Below the pieces are notes generated by a model that worked only from the letters and a program-made list of their open reading frames with translations, was not told the DNA's origin and did not search any database. From Eledone cirrhosa (taxonomy: Eukaryota), in the NCBI GenBank assembly GCA_964016885.1, contig OZ024749.1, positions 20,026,001 to 20,090,000 of the forward strand: a stretch of DNA of 64,000 nucleotides, written 5' to 3'. Positions 50,198 through 64,000 of this stretch are shown here, piece by piece. The position numbers and the translations under genes are program-made. The first letter of the stretch is position 1; every line of letters starts with the position of its first letter.

Positions 50198-50251
50198 CTC
50201 ATGTAAGACACCTCGGTTATTTTTCATTTTGTAAAAAAACCCTCACTTTCT

Positions 50252-50285
<34 letters not shown>

Positions 50286-52019
50286 GAGAGAGAGAGAGGG
50301 AGATATAGATATGTTTCTTTATTAGCCACAGGGGCATATATATATATATAGATAGATAACTTTCTTTTTATTTGCCACCAGGGCATCAAAGAGTGGGACA
50401 AGTACAATGGGGGGAGTTTACATAAAAAGGCGGAGGCAATAACAAGATATAAAAAATAATATATAAAATATAACAAAAATAAATTTAATAACAAAATCCT
50501 CAATAGGGAGGTGGCGCCTTGGGGGGTCGCACACACCCCCGAAAAAAGTGTGCAACCCTTCTCCTCAGGAGCACAAAGAGGGGGTGCTCCCTTGATCTTT
50601 CATCTTCCTCACCTGTAGTCTGATGTAGAGTGAAGGCCCATTCACACAGGCCATTCTCGCCACTTTCACCCATCTTTCATAAAAACGGCTGGGGTGCAGC
50701 ACCTCTCTCTCCATCCTGATCCTTCTTCTGAAATGATATCGGAAGAAACGGACCAGTTGTTGGCCAGAGAGATAGATAGATAGATAGATAGATAGATAAA
50801 ATTATATATATACTTTTGTAATTAGCTAGATAGACAGAGCAAGTTAGATAGATAGGTAGATAAAAAGATTGATAGATTGATTGCTAGATGAATAGAAAGA
50901 TAGATAGGCAGGCAAAGAGAATAAGCTAGAATTTAGGTATTTATGGGATGGGATGTGATGATATATTTAACAAGCAATATAATTAACTAAAAATACACTT
51001 GTTTATATATTTGACCTTGTCATTATATTTCTTCCTATTTGTCATAACATACTTCTGCTCCACCCCCAATAAATGTTGTTGTTGTTGTTATTATTATTAT
51101 TAGGGACTGGATTTAGGGCGGTGTATTGGCAGTATCGGTAGAGGGTCGGACGTCATGCTTTGACGCATAGAGTTACGGCCCTTGCCATTCTGAGTTCAAA
51201 TCCCGCCGAGGTTAACTTTGCCTTTCATCCTTATGGGGTCGATAAAATAAAAAGTACCAGTAATACACTGGGTAATTGCTGGCCTTGTGCCAAAAGTAGA
51301 AACAATTATTAGGGACAGTGGATTGGCCGTAGTTACGGTTCTTTACGTTCTGAGTTTGAATCTTGCCGAGGCTAGCTTTGCCTTTCTTCCTTACAAGGTT
51401 GATAAAATAAAGTACCAGTTACATACTGGGGTAGATTTAATTGACTTTCCCCTTCCCCCAAAATTGTTGGCCTTGTGCCTAAATCAGAAATCATTATTAT
51501 TATGGGGCAGTGGATTGGCCGAGTCGGTAGAGCGTCGGACAAAATACTTTGTGGCATTTAGTTATGGCCATTTATGTTCTGAGTTCAAATCCCGCTGAAG
51601 TTAGCTTTGCCTTTCAATTTTATGGAGCCAATGAAATAAAGTACCAGTAACGCACTGGGGTCGATTTAATCGACTTTCCCCTTCCCCCAAAATAGTTGGC
51701 CTTGTGCCTTAATCAGAAATCTTTATTACTGGCAGTTGATTGGCAGAATGAGTTCAAATCCTGCCAAGGTGGTGGTAAAAGTGATGGTGATGGTGGTAGG
51801 AAAGCTGTTGTTCATGAAATACCATAACTACTACACCATGCTAACAAAAACAATTAGTTTTGTTAATTGGTTTTAATTAATATAGCTTGTGAGAGATACT
51901 GAGTATTGTAATTAGTGAGGCTGGTTCTGTGGTTTTTACATCATTTTGGAAATAATGAAGAAGTTTGTGAAATTTAGTAATAAACAAGGTGTGGTAGAAA
52001 AGAAACAAGGCTAGGGTCA

Positions 52020-53095
52020 TAAATGAAATATTTTAAATCCAAACTACGAGTTTTCCCCTTCAGAATAATTTCCCCCTTGATTCTAACACACTTTCCCATC
52101 TTCCACCATGCCTCCATGCACTCCTGGAAGGATTCTCCCAGGATTCTCTGCAGCTCCATTGACATTCCACTCTTGATGGCTTCCCTTGATGATCCTCTTG
52201 AGCTTGGGATAAAAGGAAAGAGTCTGGTTCTGTTTCAAGACACTTGAGGATGTGGTGACACACCTGCATGTGCCACTCCTGGTCATCGTACACCATCTTC
52301 ACACAGATCTTCCACATGCCCAAATCTTCAGTGATAATTTTCCAAATTCTGTCACGGATCATGCTCAGCTCACTTGCGATCAGTCTAACAGCCAGCCAAT
52401 GATTGCCACACACCACCTGCCTCATGCACTCAACGTTGGCCTCAGTCCTGCTCGTTGAAGGACGTCTGTTCTTGGGTTCATCTTCCACGTCCTTGCATCA
52501 TCATGATCATCATCGTCATTTTGATTATGCAGGGCACAATTAATCCCTAAGTAAGGATGGGTTCTGCTTGACAGCACTCCTTAGCGTCCCGCTCTGTGTG
52601 TTCTGTCCACCAGTCTCACTTAGGCCTGGCCAAGCCTAGCTTGATCCCAACGGACATCCTCCATCCAAGTCATTTTTGGTCTGCCTGGGCCTCTACTGCC
52701 TCCTAGATCAACATTCATCATTTTGCTGATTCAGCCCTCACTGCACTCGACATGGCCATACCAGCGCATGCATCATGTGTGAAACACATCCTCGAGGTTG
52801 TCGATCAGCAGTCTTTTCAGGAGCTCAGTTGAGCTGACATCCTCCTCAGTGATCACACCACACAACCCTCTTTGAACCTTTTGTGCCACTTGAAAATATG
52901 TGAGTGTAATATCCTCTCATCTCTGTCAGTTGGTGTAGTATTCCAAGTATTTCTGATAGAGTTTTCTCCAGCTGGATCAGAAATTTCAGGCTGGTTCATT
53001 GTTCTGTGTCCATCTCTCAACAGCCTAAAATTGAGGAGCTGTTAACATGCAATGGCTGCAGAGAGCTGAGATCGCATTTATATACACCCTGGATA
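52020..53095 (-). mobile_element. Degenerate mariner transposase remnant interrupted by an RTE fragment (about 52500-52865)
   Basis: EDEPKNRRPSTSRTEANVE...VRLIASELSM...WKIITEDLGMWKICVKMV (mariner HTH region). Confidence 0.8.
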
Positions 53096-54066
53096 TTATG
53101 TCACACAGTGACACAACCCGCTAATCCCTACCCAACTCATAGCTCACACAGCACACTAGGTCCTGTTACTTTTCTGACACACCTCATAACTAACTTTCTC
53201 ATTATTAAGCTGGTGTCTGGAACATAACTTAACCCTTTAGCATTTACATTACACTATATTTACTATTATATTTTCACGGTAAAGGCTTTATCTCACATAA
53301 TATCGAATTTATGAGATTTTGATATTATTTATTTTGAGAACAATACCTTAACATCAGTGAGAGTGGCCAGTTACAGCCGGTTTAAATGCTAAAGGGTTAA
53401 TAAAGGTTCTCACATAAAATTATTATGGAAGGTTTGGAGATAAATATAAAACTCTTTTGTTGCTATATTTCTAATAAATACACTGCCTATATTTTTTTAA
53501 AATAATTTTGAAAATATTCAAGAATTTGGAGGAATGTAGCAAAATAACTAACTAACTCTCATGGATTGGCAGAATTGGTAGAGGGTTGGGCGCCATGCTT
53601 TGCAGCATAGAGTTACAGTCTTTTATGGTCTGAGTTCAAATCTCACCTTTTCATCCTTATGGGGACAATAAACTAAAGCACCAATAATGCACTGGGGTAA
53701 TTGCCAAAAGTAGAAAATATTATTAAGCTGGTATTTGGAGCATAACTTGAAAAATGTTTCTTACATAAGTTTTTAGATAAATATAAACACTTTAAAATAA
53801 ACAGTTTAGTATTGTCGTAACATATAATGAGAGGTTGTTTAAAGTGGTTTCGTATCAAAAGAGTAAAATTACTCGAATTTCAATTGTATTTGTTTTAAGT
53901 ATTGGTGTGAAATTAATATATGAATCTAGAGAATTTAGTTGTCCCATAAATAACTGCAACTTTTCAAATACTCGTTATATTCTTGGGTGGAGCTTTCTCT
54001 TTATTATACTACTGGGTGACCAATTCCCTTTTAATTTACTTGTGTTTCAATGTTGAATTGTTTCAG

Positions 54067-54241
54067 ATATTGGTGTGAGGTTGCTATGAACCTAGAGTCC
54101 TTGGCTATCCCAGAATTAGCAGCACCAAACTGCCTGCTTGTTGTCTGGGTCACCAATCGATGTAAACACCAAGAATTTGTCCGAGAAACACTCTTCAAAA
54201 AGTGGAACATCCAAAATTCGGTGACCTGGTTCTGGTTAAAG
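54067..54241 (+). CDS. METTL4: METTL4 coding exon, phase 2/0
   Basis: tttcAG|YWCEVAMNLESLAIPELAAPNCLLVVWVTNRCKHQEFVRETLFKKWNIQNSVTWFWLK|GTtagt; matches METTL4 IPKLAAPNCLLVTWVTN...WHWVK. Phase is compatible with the previous exon (tc|a = Ser). Confidence 0.95.
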
Positions 54242-55017
54242 GTTAGTAGCTAAAAAATTGTTTCAGTAATATTAACGCTTTTTGATACCAAACGATATCT
54301 TTATATCACAGATAAGGAGTTGTGTTTGTGACATGACCAAAAGCATGCAGCCCACCCTATAAAGTAGTCATATTTGTGACATGACAAAAAGCACCCAGCC
54401 TACCCTGTAAAGTGGTCGTGTTGGTGCCACAACAAAAAGCACCTGGTCCACCCTGTGAAGTGGTTGTGTAGGTGACATGATAAAAAAGTACCCAGTCCAA
54501 CTTGTAATTTGGTCATTTTGGTGACACGATAAAAAGCACCCAGTCCACACTGTAAATGTGGTTGGTGTTGGGAAAGACATCCAGCTGAAAAAATCCAAGC
54601 CAGAAACAGTTCTGTATGAGCAAGACATGGTCATCTGATCGGGCTTATCTCACAACGGGACAACTCGTCTAACCCATGCTAGCGTGAAAAAATGGACGTT
54701 AAATAGTGATAATGATGGTGATGATTATATAAAGACATGATGATTATATATATATCAAACTGATCCAAATGTAGTGCTGAAGATTGAAATATGTTAACCC
54801 TTCCTGTAAACAACTCTCGTTCTGTGATATGAAGCTGTTTTAACCCATTAGCATTTAAACTGGCTAGAATTCTGTAACTGGCCACTCATAATTATGTTAA
54901 GGTATTGTTCTCAAAATAAATATCAAAATCTCATAAATTCAATATTATGTGAGATAAAGCCTTTACCATGAAAATATAATAGTAAATATAGAGTAATGTA
55001 AATGCTAAAGGGTTAAA

Positions 55018-55420
55018 GATCACCACATCTTGTATGGCTGTGATACAACACTGTTTTAAAAATCACCACATCTTGTATGGCTGTGATACAACACTGTTTT
55101 AAAAATCACCACATCTTGTATGGCTGTGATACAAAATTGTTTTAAAGATCACCACATCTTGTATGTTTCTGTGATATAAAACTGTTTTAAAGATCACCAC
55201 ATCTTGTATGGCTGTGATACAAAACTGTTTTAAAGATCACCACATCTTGTATGGTTCTCTGATATAAAACTGTTTTAAAGATCACCACATCTTGTATGAT
55301 TCTGTGATACAAAACTGTTTTAAAGATCATCACATCTTGTATGGCTGTGATACAAAACTGTTTTAAAGATCACATCTTGTATGGTTCTGTGATGCTCTTT
55401 GTTTTAAAGATAACCACATC
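55018..55420. repeat. 43-45-bp minisatellite (GATCACCACATCTTGTATGGCTGTGATACAAAACTGTTTTAAA)n
   Basis: About 9 units. Confidence 0.95.
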
Positions 55421-57661
55421 ATCATCATCAAAATCTTGTCCATATGCTCATTTTGTTCATTTTTAAATCAGAAACAATTCTAAGTGTTGGTGGGTGGATC
55501 TTATTGTGCCATCATAAAATATGATAGTTTATTAGAGATATATGGAACATGCTGTGACCATATTTCTAATGAAATACATCATCATCACCCCCACCCCCAC
55601 GTCACACACACACCACCTGCTGGCAAACTGTATTTCAATTAATTAATTTAAAACATTTGCAGAGATTCACTAAAATTATTAATTGTCTTATGATTACGAT
55701 AATATTTAATATAATAAAAGGTTCTTATGTAAAATGTTGGAAGAATTCAATCTAAATAGGATCTCTTTAAAATGGGTGGATCTGTTTCATAGAATCTGAG
55801 GAGGTTTTGGACAGGATGGTATCAAATGGTTTAACCCTTTACTAAATACTATTGTATTTTTGTGGTAAAGGCTTTATTTTACATAATTATCTCACATAAT
55901 ATCGAATCTATGAGATTTTGATATTATTTATTTTGAGAACAATACCTTAACATCAATATGAGTAGCCAGTTACAGCTGGTTTGAAGAGAAAGAGGTGAGA
56001 GAATTCTAGCCAGATACGGCTGGTTTGAATGCTAAAAGGTTGATGAAGAATTTGGAAGCATTTACTAAAATTATTAATTATTTCTTAACTAATATAGTTA
56101 CTTAACATATGGTTTTTATATAAAATTATGTTGTAAGATTTAATTTTATATAGGAAACCTTTAAAATTGGTGGTTTTATTTCACTGGGCCAGAGCTGGTT
56201 GATGAAGAATTTTGACGGATTTAGTTACTTAACATAGGAACCCTTTAAAATGGGTTGTTTTGTTTCATAAACCCAGAGGAAGTTTTGAGCAGGGTTGGTG
56301 GGAAAAGAGTTAACATAGAGTTCTTATATAAAATTATGTTGGAAGATATTTATTTAAATAGGAACCCTTTAAAAGGGGTTGTTTCGTTTCACAGAACCAG
56401 AGGCAAGTTTTGGGTGGGGTTGGTGTGAAAAGAGTTAACATAAAGTTCTTATATAAAATTATCATCATCATCATCATCATCATGGTTTAACGTCTATCTT
56501 CCACGCTAGCATGGGTTTAGACGGGAATTGTCCCACTTTGTCCCACTTGAGGCAAGATTGGTTGTCTTGCTCGTATAGGACTGTCTGGCAGGTTTTCTAT
56601 GGCTGGATGCCCTTCCTAACACCAACCACATTTACAGTGTGGACTGGGAGGTTATGTGTTACCTACACGGCCACATTACAGTGTGGACTGTGTTTTTTTT
56701 TTGTCATGAGATCGACACAACCTCATTTATTTAGGACTGGATGTTGTGGTACCAACATAACTTTACAGAGAAAAGGGTGGTGTAGATGGGGGTAGGGGTA
56801 GTGGGAGTGTATATTTTTTAAGAGGTGCCTACTGACTGTAGGTTTCGCTTTGTACTTAGGCAAGGCGGGTCTTCTGTATTACTGCATAGCGCCAAAGATC
56901 TCGGTCCAGTGACATTGTCTTGGAGAGGTGTAAGTGTGTAAGGTCGGAATTTATCAATGTTGGAAGATATTTATTTAAATAGGAACCCTTTAAAAGGGGT
57001 TGTTTTGTTTCACAGAACCAGAGGCAGTTTTGGGAGGGGTTGGTGTGAAAAGAGTTAAATGCAACATTCTGTGGGGTTGAATGACTCTTGTTAGAACTTC
57101 CTTGTTGAAAAACTTGGTTGGTTTATCAACATTTATTTAGGTTTACAGAACAGAGAATATTTGTAGTTGAGGGAGTGGAGGAGGTGGGTGAGGGGTGGTG
57201 GTGGTGGTGGTGGAGTAGAGGGTGAGAGGGGGTGTAGCGATGGGGTAGAAGGTGAAGGGGTGAAGAGACAAAGTTAAAAGTTATTGAGAGAAAACTGCAA
57301 CATTTATTATTTCTCTTCTTTGGTTATTATTCTTCTTGGTGCTGGCGACAGTGGTGGTGGTAGTGATGGTGGTGGCAGCAGTAGTGGTGGTGGTGATAGT
57401 GATGATCGTGGTAGAGGTAGTGGCGGTGGTAGTGGCGGTGGTGATAGTGATGATTGTGGTAGTGGTAGTGGTGGTGGTGGTGGGGTGGGGGTGGTAGTGG
57501 CGGGGGTGGTGGTGGTGGAAGTGATGATTGTGGTGGTGGTTGTGGTGGTGGTGGTGATGATTGTAGTGGTGGTGGTGGGGGGTGGGGCTGTTAGTGGCGG
57601 TGGTGGTGGTAGTGGCGGTGGTGGTGGTGATGATGATAATGATGGAGATTTAACATGGATG

Positions 57662-57764
57662 TTAATCCATCTGCTGATAAATTCCAACAAAGTACTGCTC
57701 TCTGTCTTGGATGGCTACATTCTGGAATGTAGGGAATGGTATGGCAGATGGTAATACAGTGTAT
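57662..57764 (-). CDS. Candidate terminal coding exon of an unidentified antisense gene (YTVLPSAIPFPTFQNVAIQDREQYFVGIYQQMD*)
   Basis: Strong acceptor tttttgttgtttgttttccctgtgttgacacAG; unique island between microsatellites; protein-like composition. Confidence 0.4.
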
Positions 57765-59129
57765 CTGTGTCAACACAGGGAAAACAAACAACAAAAACAT
57801 GGGTGGAGTCACCCTCCTCCTCCCCCTGCCACCACCACCACCACCACTAACACCACCACCACTATCACTATCTTCATCACCATCACCACCCTCACCACCA
57901 CCACCATCACCACTAACACCACCACCACTAACACCATCACCACAACTACCACTAACACCACCATCACCACCACTACCACTATCACCACTGCCATCATTAC
58001 CACTGCCACCACCACTACCACCATCACCACTACCACCATCACCACTACTACTTCCACCACCATCACCACCACCACCACTACCACCACAACTACCACCACC
58101 ATAAACACCACCACCACTACCTCCACCACCACCATAACCACTACCACTATCACCACCACCATCACCACTACCACTATCACCACCACCATCACCACCACCA
58201 CTACCTCCACCACCACTATCACCACCACCACCACCTCTACCACCACTACCACCCCTTTTAACAGGAAGTGGGACAGTCAATGTTACTACTGTTGCTGTTG
58301 CTGCTACAATGAGGGTTAATGTTAAAAACAAAACCCCTTATTGTATTATAGAGAATGGTTCAGTGAAGAAGGATATAAAGAACATAGTGTATGTGTTTAG
58401 AAATGTTATTCCATCATTCTGACATTCTGACATTCTCTTGTCCTTTTGTTCTCTCATTCTGTTTGGTTGGACATAGTTTTATAAAGAAGATATTTAACCC
58501 TTTAGCATTTAAACCGGCTCTATCCGGCCAGAATTTCCCCCCCTTTTTGAAACCAGCTGTAACCAACAGCTCACACTGACATTAACCCTTTAGCATTTAC
58601 TTTACTCTATATATACTATTATATTTTCATGGTAAAGGCTTTACCTCGCATCGATCTGAGTTCAAATCCCACCGAGGTTGACTTTGCCTTTCATCCTTAC
58701 GGGGTCGATAAAATAAAGTACCAGTAATGCACTGGGTGATTGCTGGCCTTGTGCCTAAAGTAGAAACAATAATTATCTCACATAATATCGAATCTATGAG
58801 ATTTTGAAAGTATCTATTTTGAGAACAATACCTTAACATCAGTTTGAGTGACCAGTTACAGCCAGTTTCAACAGAAAAGGGTAGAGAATTCTGGCTGGTT
58901 TTGGCCCGTTTGAACATTAAAGGGTTAAGATATTATTCTTAAAATAAACAATAACATCATCAAAATGTTGTAGACTTGATATTATGTGAGCTAAAGCCTT
59001 TACCATGAAAATGCAATAATAAATATAGAGTAATGTAAATGCTAAAGTTTGATAATGACCCACCTAAAACTGCCACTCATTCTATATGAAATATAAACTT
59101 TAAAAAATATAAACTTTAAAAAAAGGTCC

Positions 59130-60840
59130 CTGCTTAAATTAAAATCATCTTCCAACATAATTTTATATAAGAAACTTATCTTATCTCTTGACATGACAAC
59201 ACGGCCAAAACCTACTCTGGCTTTGTGAAAATAAATCATCCATTTTAAAGAGTTCCTAATAAATTTAAATCTTCCATTATAATTTTATATAAGAACTATA
59301 TATTAATTCTTTTCACACCAACCTAGCCAAAATCAGCTCTGCTTCTGTGAAAATAAATCATCCATTTTAAAGGGTTCCTGATAAATTTAAATCTTCCATT
59401 ATAATTTTATATAAGAACTATATATTAATTCTTTTCACACCAACCTAGTCAAAATCAGCTCTGCTTCTGTGAAAATAAATCATCCATTTTAAAGGGTTCC
59501 TGATAAATTTAAATCTTCCATTATAATTTTATATAAGAACTATATATTAATTCTTTTCACACCAACCTAGCCAAAACCTACTCTCGTTCTGTGAAAATTT
59601 TAAAGGGTTCCTGATAAATTTAAATCTTCCATTATAATTTTATATAAGAACTATATATTAATTCTTTTCACACCAACCTAGCCAAAATCAGCTCTGCTTC
59701 TGTGAAAATAAATCATCCATTTTAAAGGGTTCCTGATAAATTTAAATCTTCCATTATAATTTTATATAAGAACTATATATTAATTCTTTTCACACCAACC
59801 TAGTCAAAATCAGCTCTGCTTCTGTGAAAATAAATCATCCATTTTAAAGGGTTCCTGATAAATTTAAATCTTCCATTATAATTTTATATAAGAACTATAT
59901 ATTAATTCTTTTCACACCAACCTAGCCAAAACCTACTCTCGTTCTGTGAAAATTTTAAAGGGTTCCTGATAAATTTAAATCTTCCATTATAATTTTATAT
60001 AAGAACTATATATTAATTCTTTTCACACCAACCTAACCAAAACCTACTCTGGTTCTGTGAAAATAAACCATCCATTTTAAAGGGTTCCTGATAAATTTAA
60101 ATCTTCCATTATAATTTTATATAAGAACTATATATTAATTCTTTTCACACCAACCTAACCAAAACCTACTCTGGTTCTGTGAAAATAAACCATCCATTTT
60201 AAAGGGTTCCTGATAAATTTAAATCTTCCATTATAATTTTATATAAGAACTATATATTAATTCTTTTCACACCAACCTAGCCAAAACCTACTCTCGTTCT
60301 GTGAAAATTTTAAAGGGTTCCTGATAAATTTAAATCTTCCATTATAATTTTATATAAGAACTATATATTAATTCTTTTCACACCAACCTAACCAAAACCT
60401 ACTCTGGTTCTGTGAAAATAAACCATCCATTTTAAAGGGTTCCTGATAAATTTAAATCTTCCATTATAATTTTATATAAGAACTATATATTAATTCTTTT
60501 CACACCAACCTAACCAAAACCTACTCTGGTTCTGTGAAAATAAACCATCCATTTTAAAGGGTTCCTGATAAATTTAAATCTTCCATTATAATTTTATATA
60601 AGAACTATATATTAATTCTTTTCACACCAACCTAGCCAAAACCTACTCTCGTTCTGTGAAAATTTTAAAGGGTTCCTGATAAATTTAAATCTTCCATTAT
60701 AATTTTATATAAGAACTATATATTAATTCTTTTCACACCAACCTAACCAAAACCTACTCTGGTTCTGTGAAAATAAACCATCCATTTTAAAGGGTTCCTG
60801 ATAAATTTAAATCTTCCACTATAATTTTATATAAGAAAGT
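59130..60840. repeat. Satellite of about 122/111-bp monomers with trimeric higher-order structure
   Basis: AAATTTAAATCTTCCATTATAATTTTATATAAGAAC.. units in long-long-short order. Confidence 0.95.
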
Positions 60841-61119
60841 TGTTATCTATGTCACAAATATCATTTTAGTAATGGAATGATTAGTAAATCTTTCATTAAT
60901 TAATAATTGTTTCTACTTTAGGCACAAGGCCAGCAAATACCCAGTGCATTACTGGTACTTTATTTTATCGACCCCGTAAGGATGAAAGGCAAAGTCAACC
61001 TTTTAATTAATAATGATAGTAAAACCCTTAACATTTTTCATTAATTAATTGAAATACAGAGTAAATAATTAGAAATACAATAATTAAAGGATTAAGATGT
61101 ATATCGAATTTCCTTATCG

Positions 61120-62250
61120 CCTTATACATGTAATATAATCATATACATAAACATATACATGTAATGCATACACATACATACACATGCATACACACAAACA
61201 TGTACATGTAATACATACAGATACATACACACACAGAGATACACATGCATACACACAAACATATACATGTAATGCACACACATACATACACATTCATACA
61301 AACAAACATATGCATGTAATTCACCCGCAGATACATTTGCATACACACAAACCTATACATGTAATACATACACATACATACACACACATGTACACATGTA
61401 ATACACACACATACATACAAAGACAATCTTGAAAATGCTTACACACACACGCGCATCACACAGACATATACATGTACATATGCACATACAAACACAATCT
61501 TGCTAATACTTACACATACACAAATACACATGTATACACACAAACATATATATATACATCTAATACATGCATATACAAAAACAATCTTTCAAATACACAC
61601 ATACACATGCATACACACACATACACATATGTATGTATTATATATACATACACACAAGTATATATATATATATCATCATCATCGTTTATGTATGTATATA
61701 TATATATATAAAATTTTGCATGCATACACACACACATACACATATGTATATATATATATATACATACATACAAACATACACACAAGTATATATATATATA
61801 TATGATAATCATCGTTTATATATATATATATATATATACTTGTGTGTATGAGTGTATGTATATATATATATATATAAACGATGATGATGATCATATATAT
61901 ATATACTTGTGTGTATGTATGTATATATATATATATACATACACACATACACACAAGTATATATATATCATCATCATCATCGTTTTTATATATATATATA
62001 AAATTTCGTTTTTAAATATAAAAACTGGAATAAAGTAGGTATTAATATTTGATGTGAAACTGTATTTGGTAATACTTTAATGTATGTGTGCGTATATATA
62101 TATATACACATACACATGCACACACATATATATATATATATATAGATATATCTGTGTGCGTATGTGTATATATATGTATACACATACACACACATATATA
62201 TACACATATGCACACACTCGTATTCACACACATATATATATATATATTTT
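61120..62250. repeat. (CA)n/(TA)n compound microsatellite block
   Basis: Direct reading. Confidence 0.95.
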
Positions 62251-62499
62251 ATAGTATTCATCATAAAAGCTACCACATCAAAGGATTTTGAAATATTTAT
62301 ATAGCCGAAGCTGTTTGTTTTGATCCAGATTGACAACAAGATATAAAGCTTTACACCAGAGACTTCCAAATTCTTCATATTGGTGAAGCATTGTCACCAT
62401 CATAATCATCAGCATCATCATCATCATGTTTCCACCTTCCATGCTGGTATGGGTTGGACATGTTGTCAAATAACTGGATAACTACATCTCAGCATGCGT

Positions 62500-63535
62500 G
62501 AATTTTATCATTGTACCAGCACAACTACTTTACAGAGTGTACTGGCTGTGTTGTATCATGACACCACTACTGCTTTACAGAGTGAACTGGGTGTATTATA
62601 TTGTCATACCACCACTACTACTTTACAGAGTGGACTGGGTGTATTATATTGTCGTACCACCACTACTACTTTACAGAGTGGACTGGGTGTATTATATTGT
62701 CGTACCAGCACAACTACTTTACAGAGTGGACTGGGTGTATTATATTGTCGTACCAGCACTACTACTTTACAGAGTGTACTGTACTGGCTGTGTTGTATCA
62801 TGACACCACCACTACTACTTTACAGAGTGGACTGGGTGTATTATATTGTCGTACCAGCACAACTACTTTACAGAGTGTACTGTACTGGCTGTGTTGTATC
62901 ATGACACCACCACTACTACTTTACAGAGTGGACTGGGTGTATTATATTGTCGTACCAGCACAACTACTTTACAGAGTGTACTGTACTGGCTGTGTTGTAT
63001 CATGACACCACCACTACTACTTTACAGAGTGGACTGGGTGTATTATATTGTCGTACTAGCACAACTACTTTACAGAGTGTACTGGGTGTATTATATTGTC
63101 GTACCACCACTGCCACTTTACAAAGTGTACTGGGTGTGTTGTATCATGGCACCCCCACCACCAATTTATAGAGTGGACTGGGTGTATTTTATCATGATAC
63201 CAACACTGTCACTTTACAGAGTGTACTGGGTACATTTTATCACAGCACCACCACTACCAATTTACAGAGTGTATTGGGTTACTTTACAGAGTGTACTGGA
63301 TGTATTTTATTGTGACACCAGCACTATCACTTTACAGAGTGTACTGGGTGTATTTTATTGTGGCACCAACACTACCACATTACAGAGTGTACAGGGTGTA
63401 TTGTATCATGACACCAACACTACCACATTACAGAGTGTACAGGGTGTATTGTATCATGACACCAGTACTACCACTTTACAGAGTGTACTGGGTGTGTTTT
63501 GTCAAGGCACCAACACTACCATTTTAGAGTATATT
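62500..63535. repeat. 45-50-bp minisatellite (ACTTTACAGAGTGGACTGGGTGTATTATATTGTCGTACCAGCAC..)n
   Basis: About 20 units, homologous to the RTE/SINE CACCCAGTCCACACTGTAAAGT module. Confidence 0.9.
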
Positions 63536-64000
63536 ACTGCACATAAATATCAAAGACATCTAAATTTTCATGAAGTTTTTCAGAAACGTTGATACCTCAT
63601 GAATTTGTGGTCACAAGTATTTTTATTCTGCAAAATCTTAGGTCAACCTTTAATTGTGGCTGATGAGGTTTTATATGTTTGGATTGGCAGTATTGGTAGA
63701 GGCTCGGACGCTATCCTTTGCGGCAAAGAGTAACGGCTCTTTATGGTCTGAGTTCAAATCCTGCCGAGGTTAACTTTGCCTTTCATCCTTACGGGGTCGA
63801 TAAAATAAAGTACGAGTAATGTACTGGGTAATTGCTGGCCTTGTGCCAAAAGTAGAAACAATTTTAATAATCAATATTATTATATTGGCAAGGGTGGTGG
63901 ATTGACAGAATCGGTAGAGCATCGGGCAACATGCTTAGCAGCATAAAATTACAGCCCTTTACATTCTGAGTTCAAATTTGGCTGAGGTTAGCTTTAATTT

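Noticed and set aside
62329-62382. Exon-like island as the next METTL4 exon
   Set aside because: Its only open frame is phase 2 whereas METTL4 needs phase 0, and the peptide does not match.

Overview
Repeat-dense, AT-rich animal genomic DNA. The SINE, RTE and microsatellite complement points to an octopus or other coleoid cephalopod (inference). One host gene is recognisable: three in-phase + strand exons of METTL4, an MT-A70 adenine methyltransferase with the DPPW motif (35340-35501, 36690-36756, 54067-54241). Most of the rest is mobile or repeated DNA: two near-full-length RTE LINEs with a PHD finger inserted after the RT core, several truncated RTE copies, an R4/Dong-type LINE in (TAA)n, two tRNA-derived SINE families, piggyBac/Tc1/mariner/Tigger MITEs, Helitron ends, minisatellites and very long microsatellites, which account for most ORFs in the track. 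The main hidden signal is RNA-level: about a dozen type I hammerhead ribozyme motifs at nine to ten loci, most with palindromic stem III. Several carry the compensatory U3-A8 core (UUGAnAA instead of CUGAnGA) and sit in head-to-head fold-back elements. The clearest is a 1.45-kb palindrome (9050-10503) built from a circularly permuted 591-bp ribozyme-containing unit, which looks like a retrozyme or Penelope-pLTR-like system able to release a 591-nt, possibly circular, RNA. All calls were made by eye without database searches.
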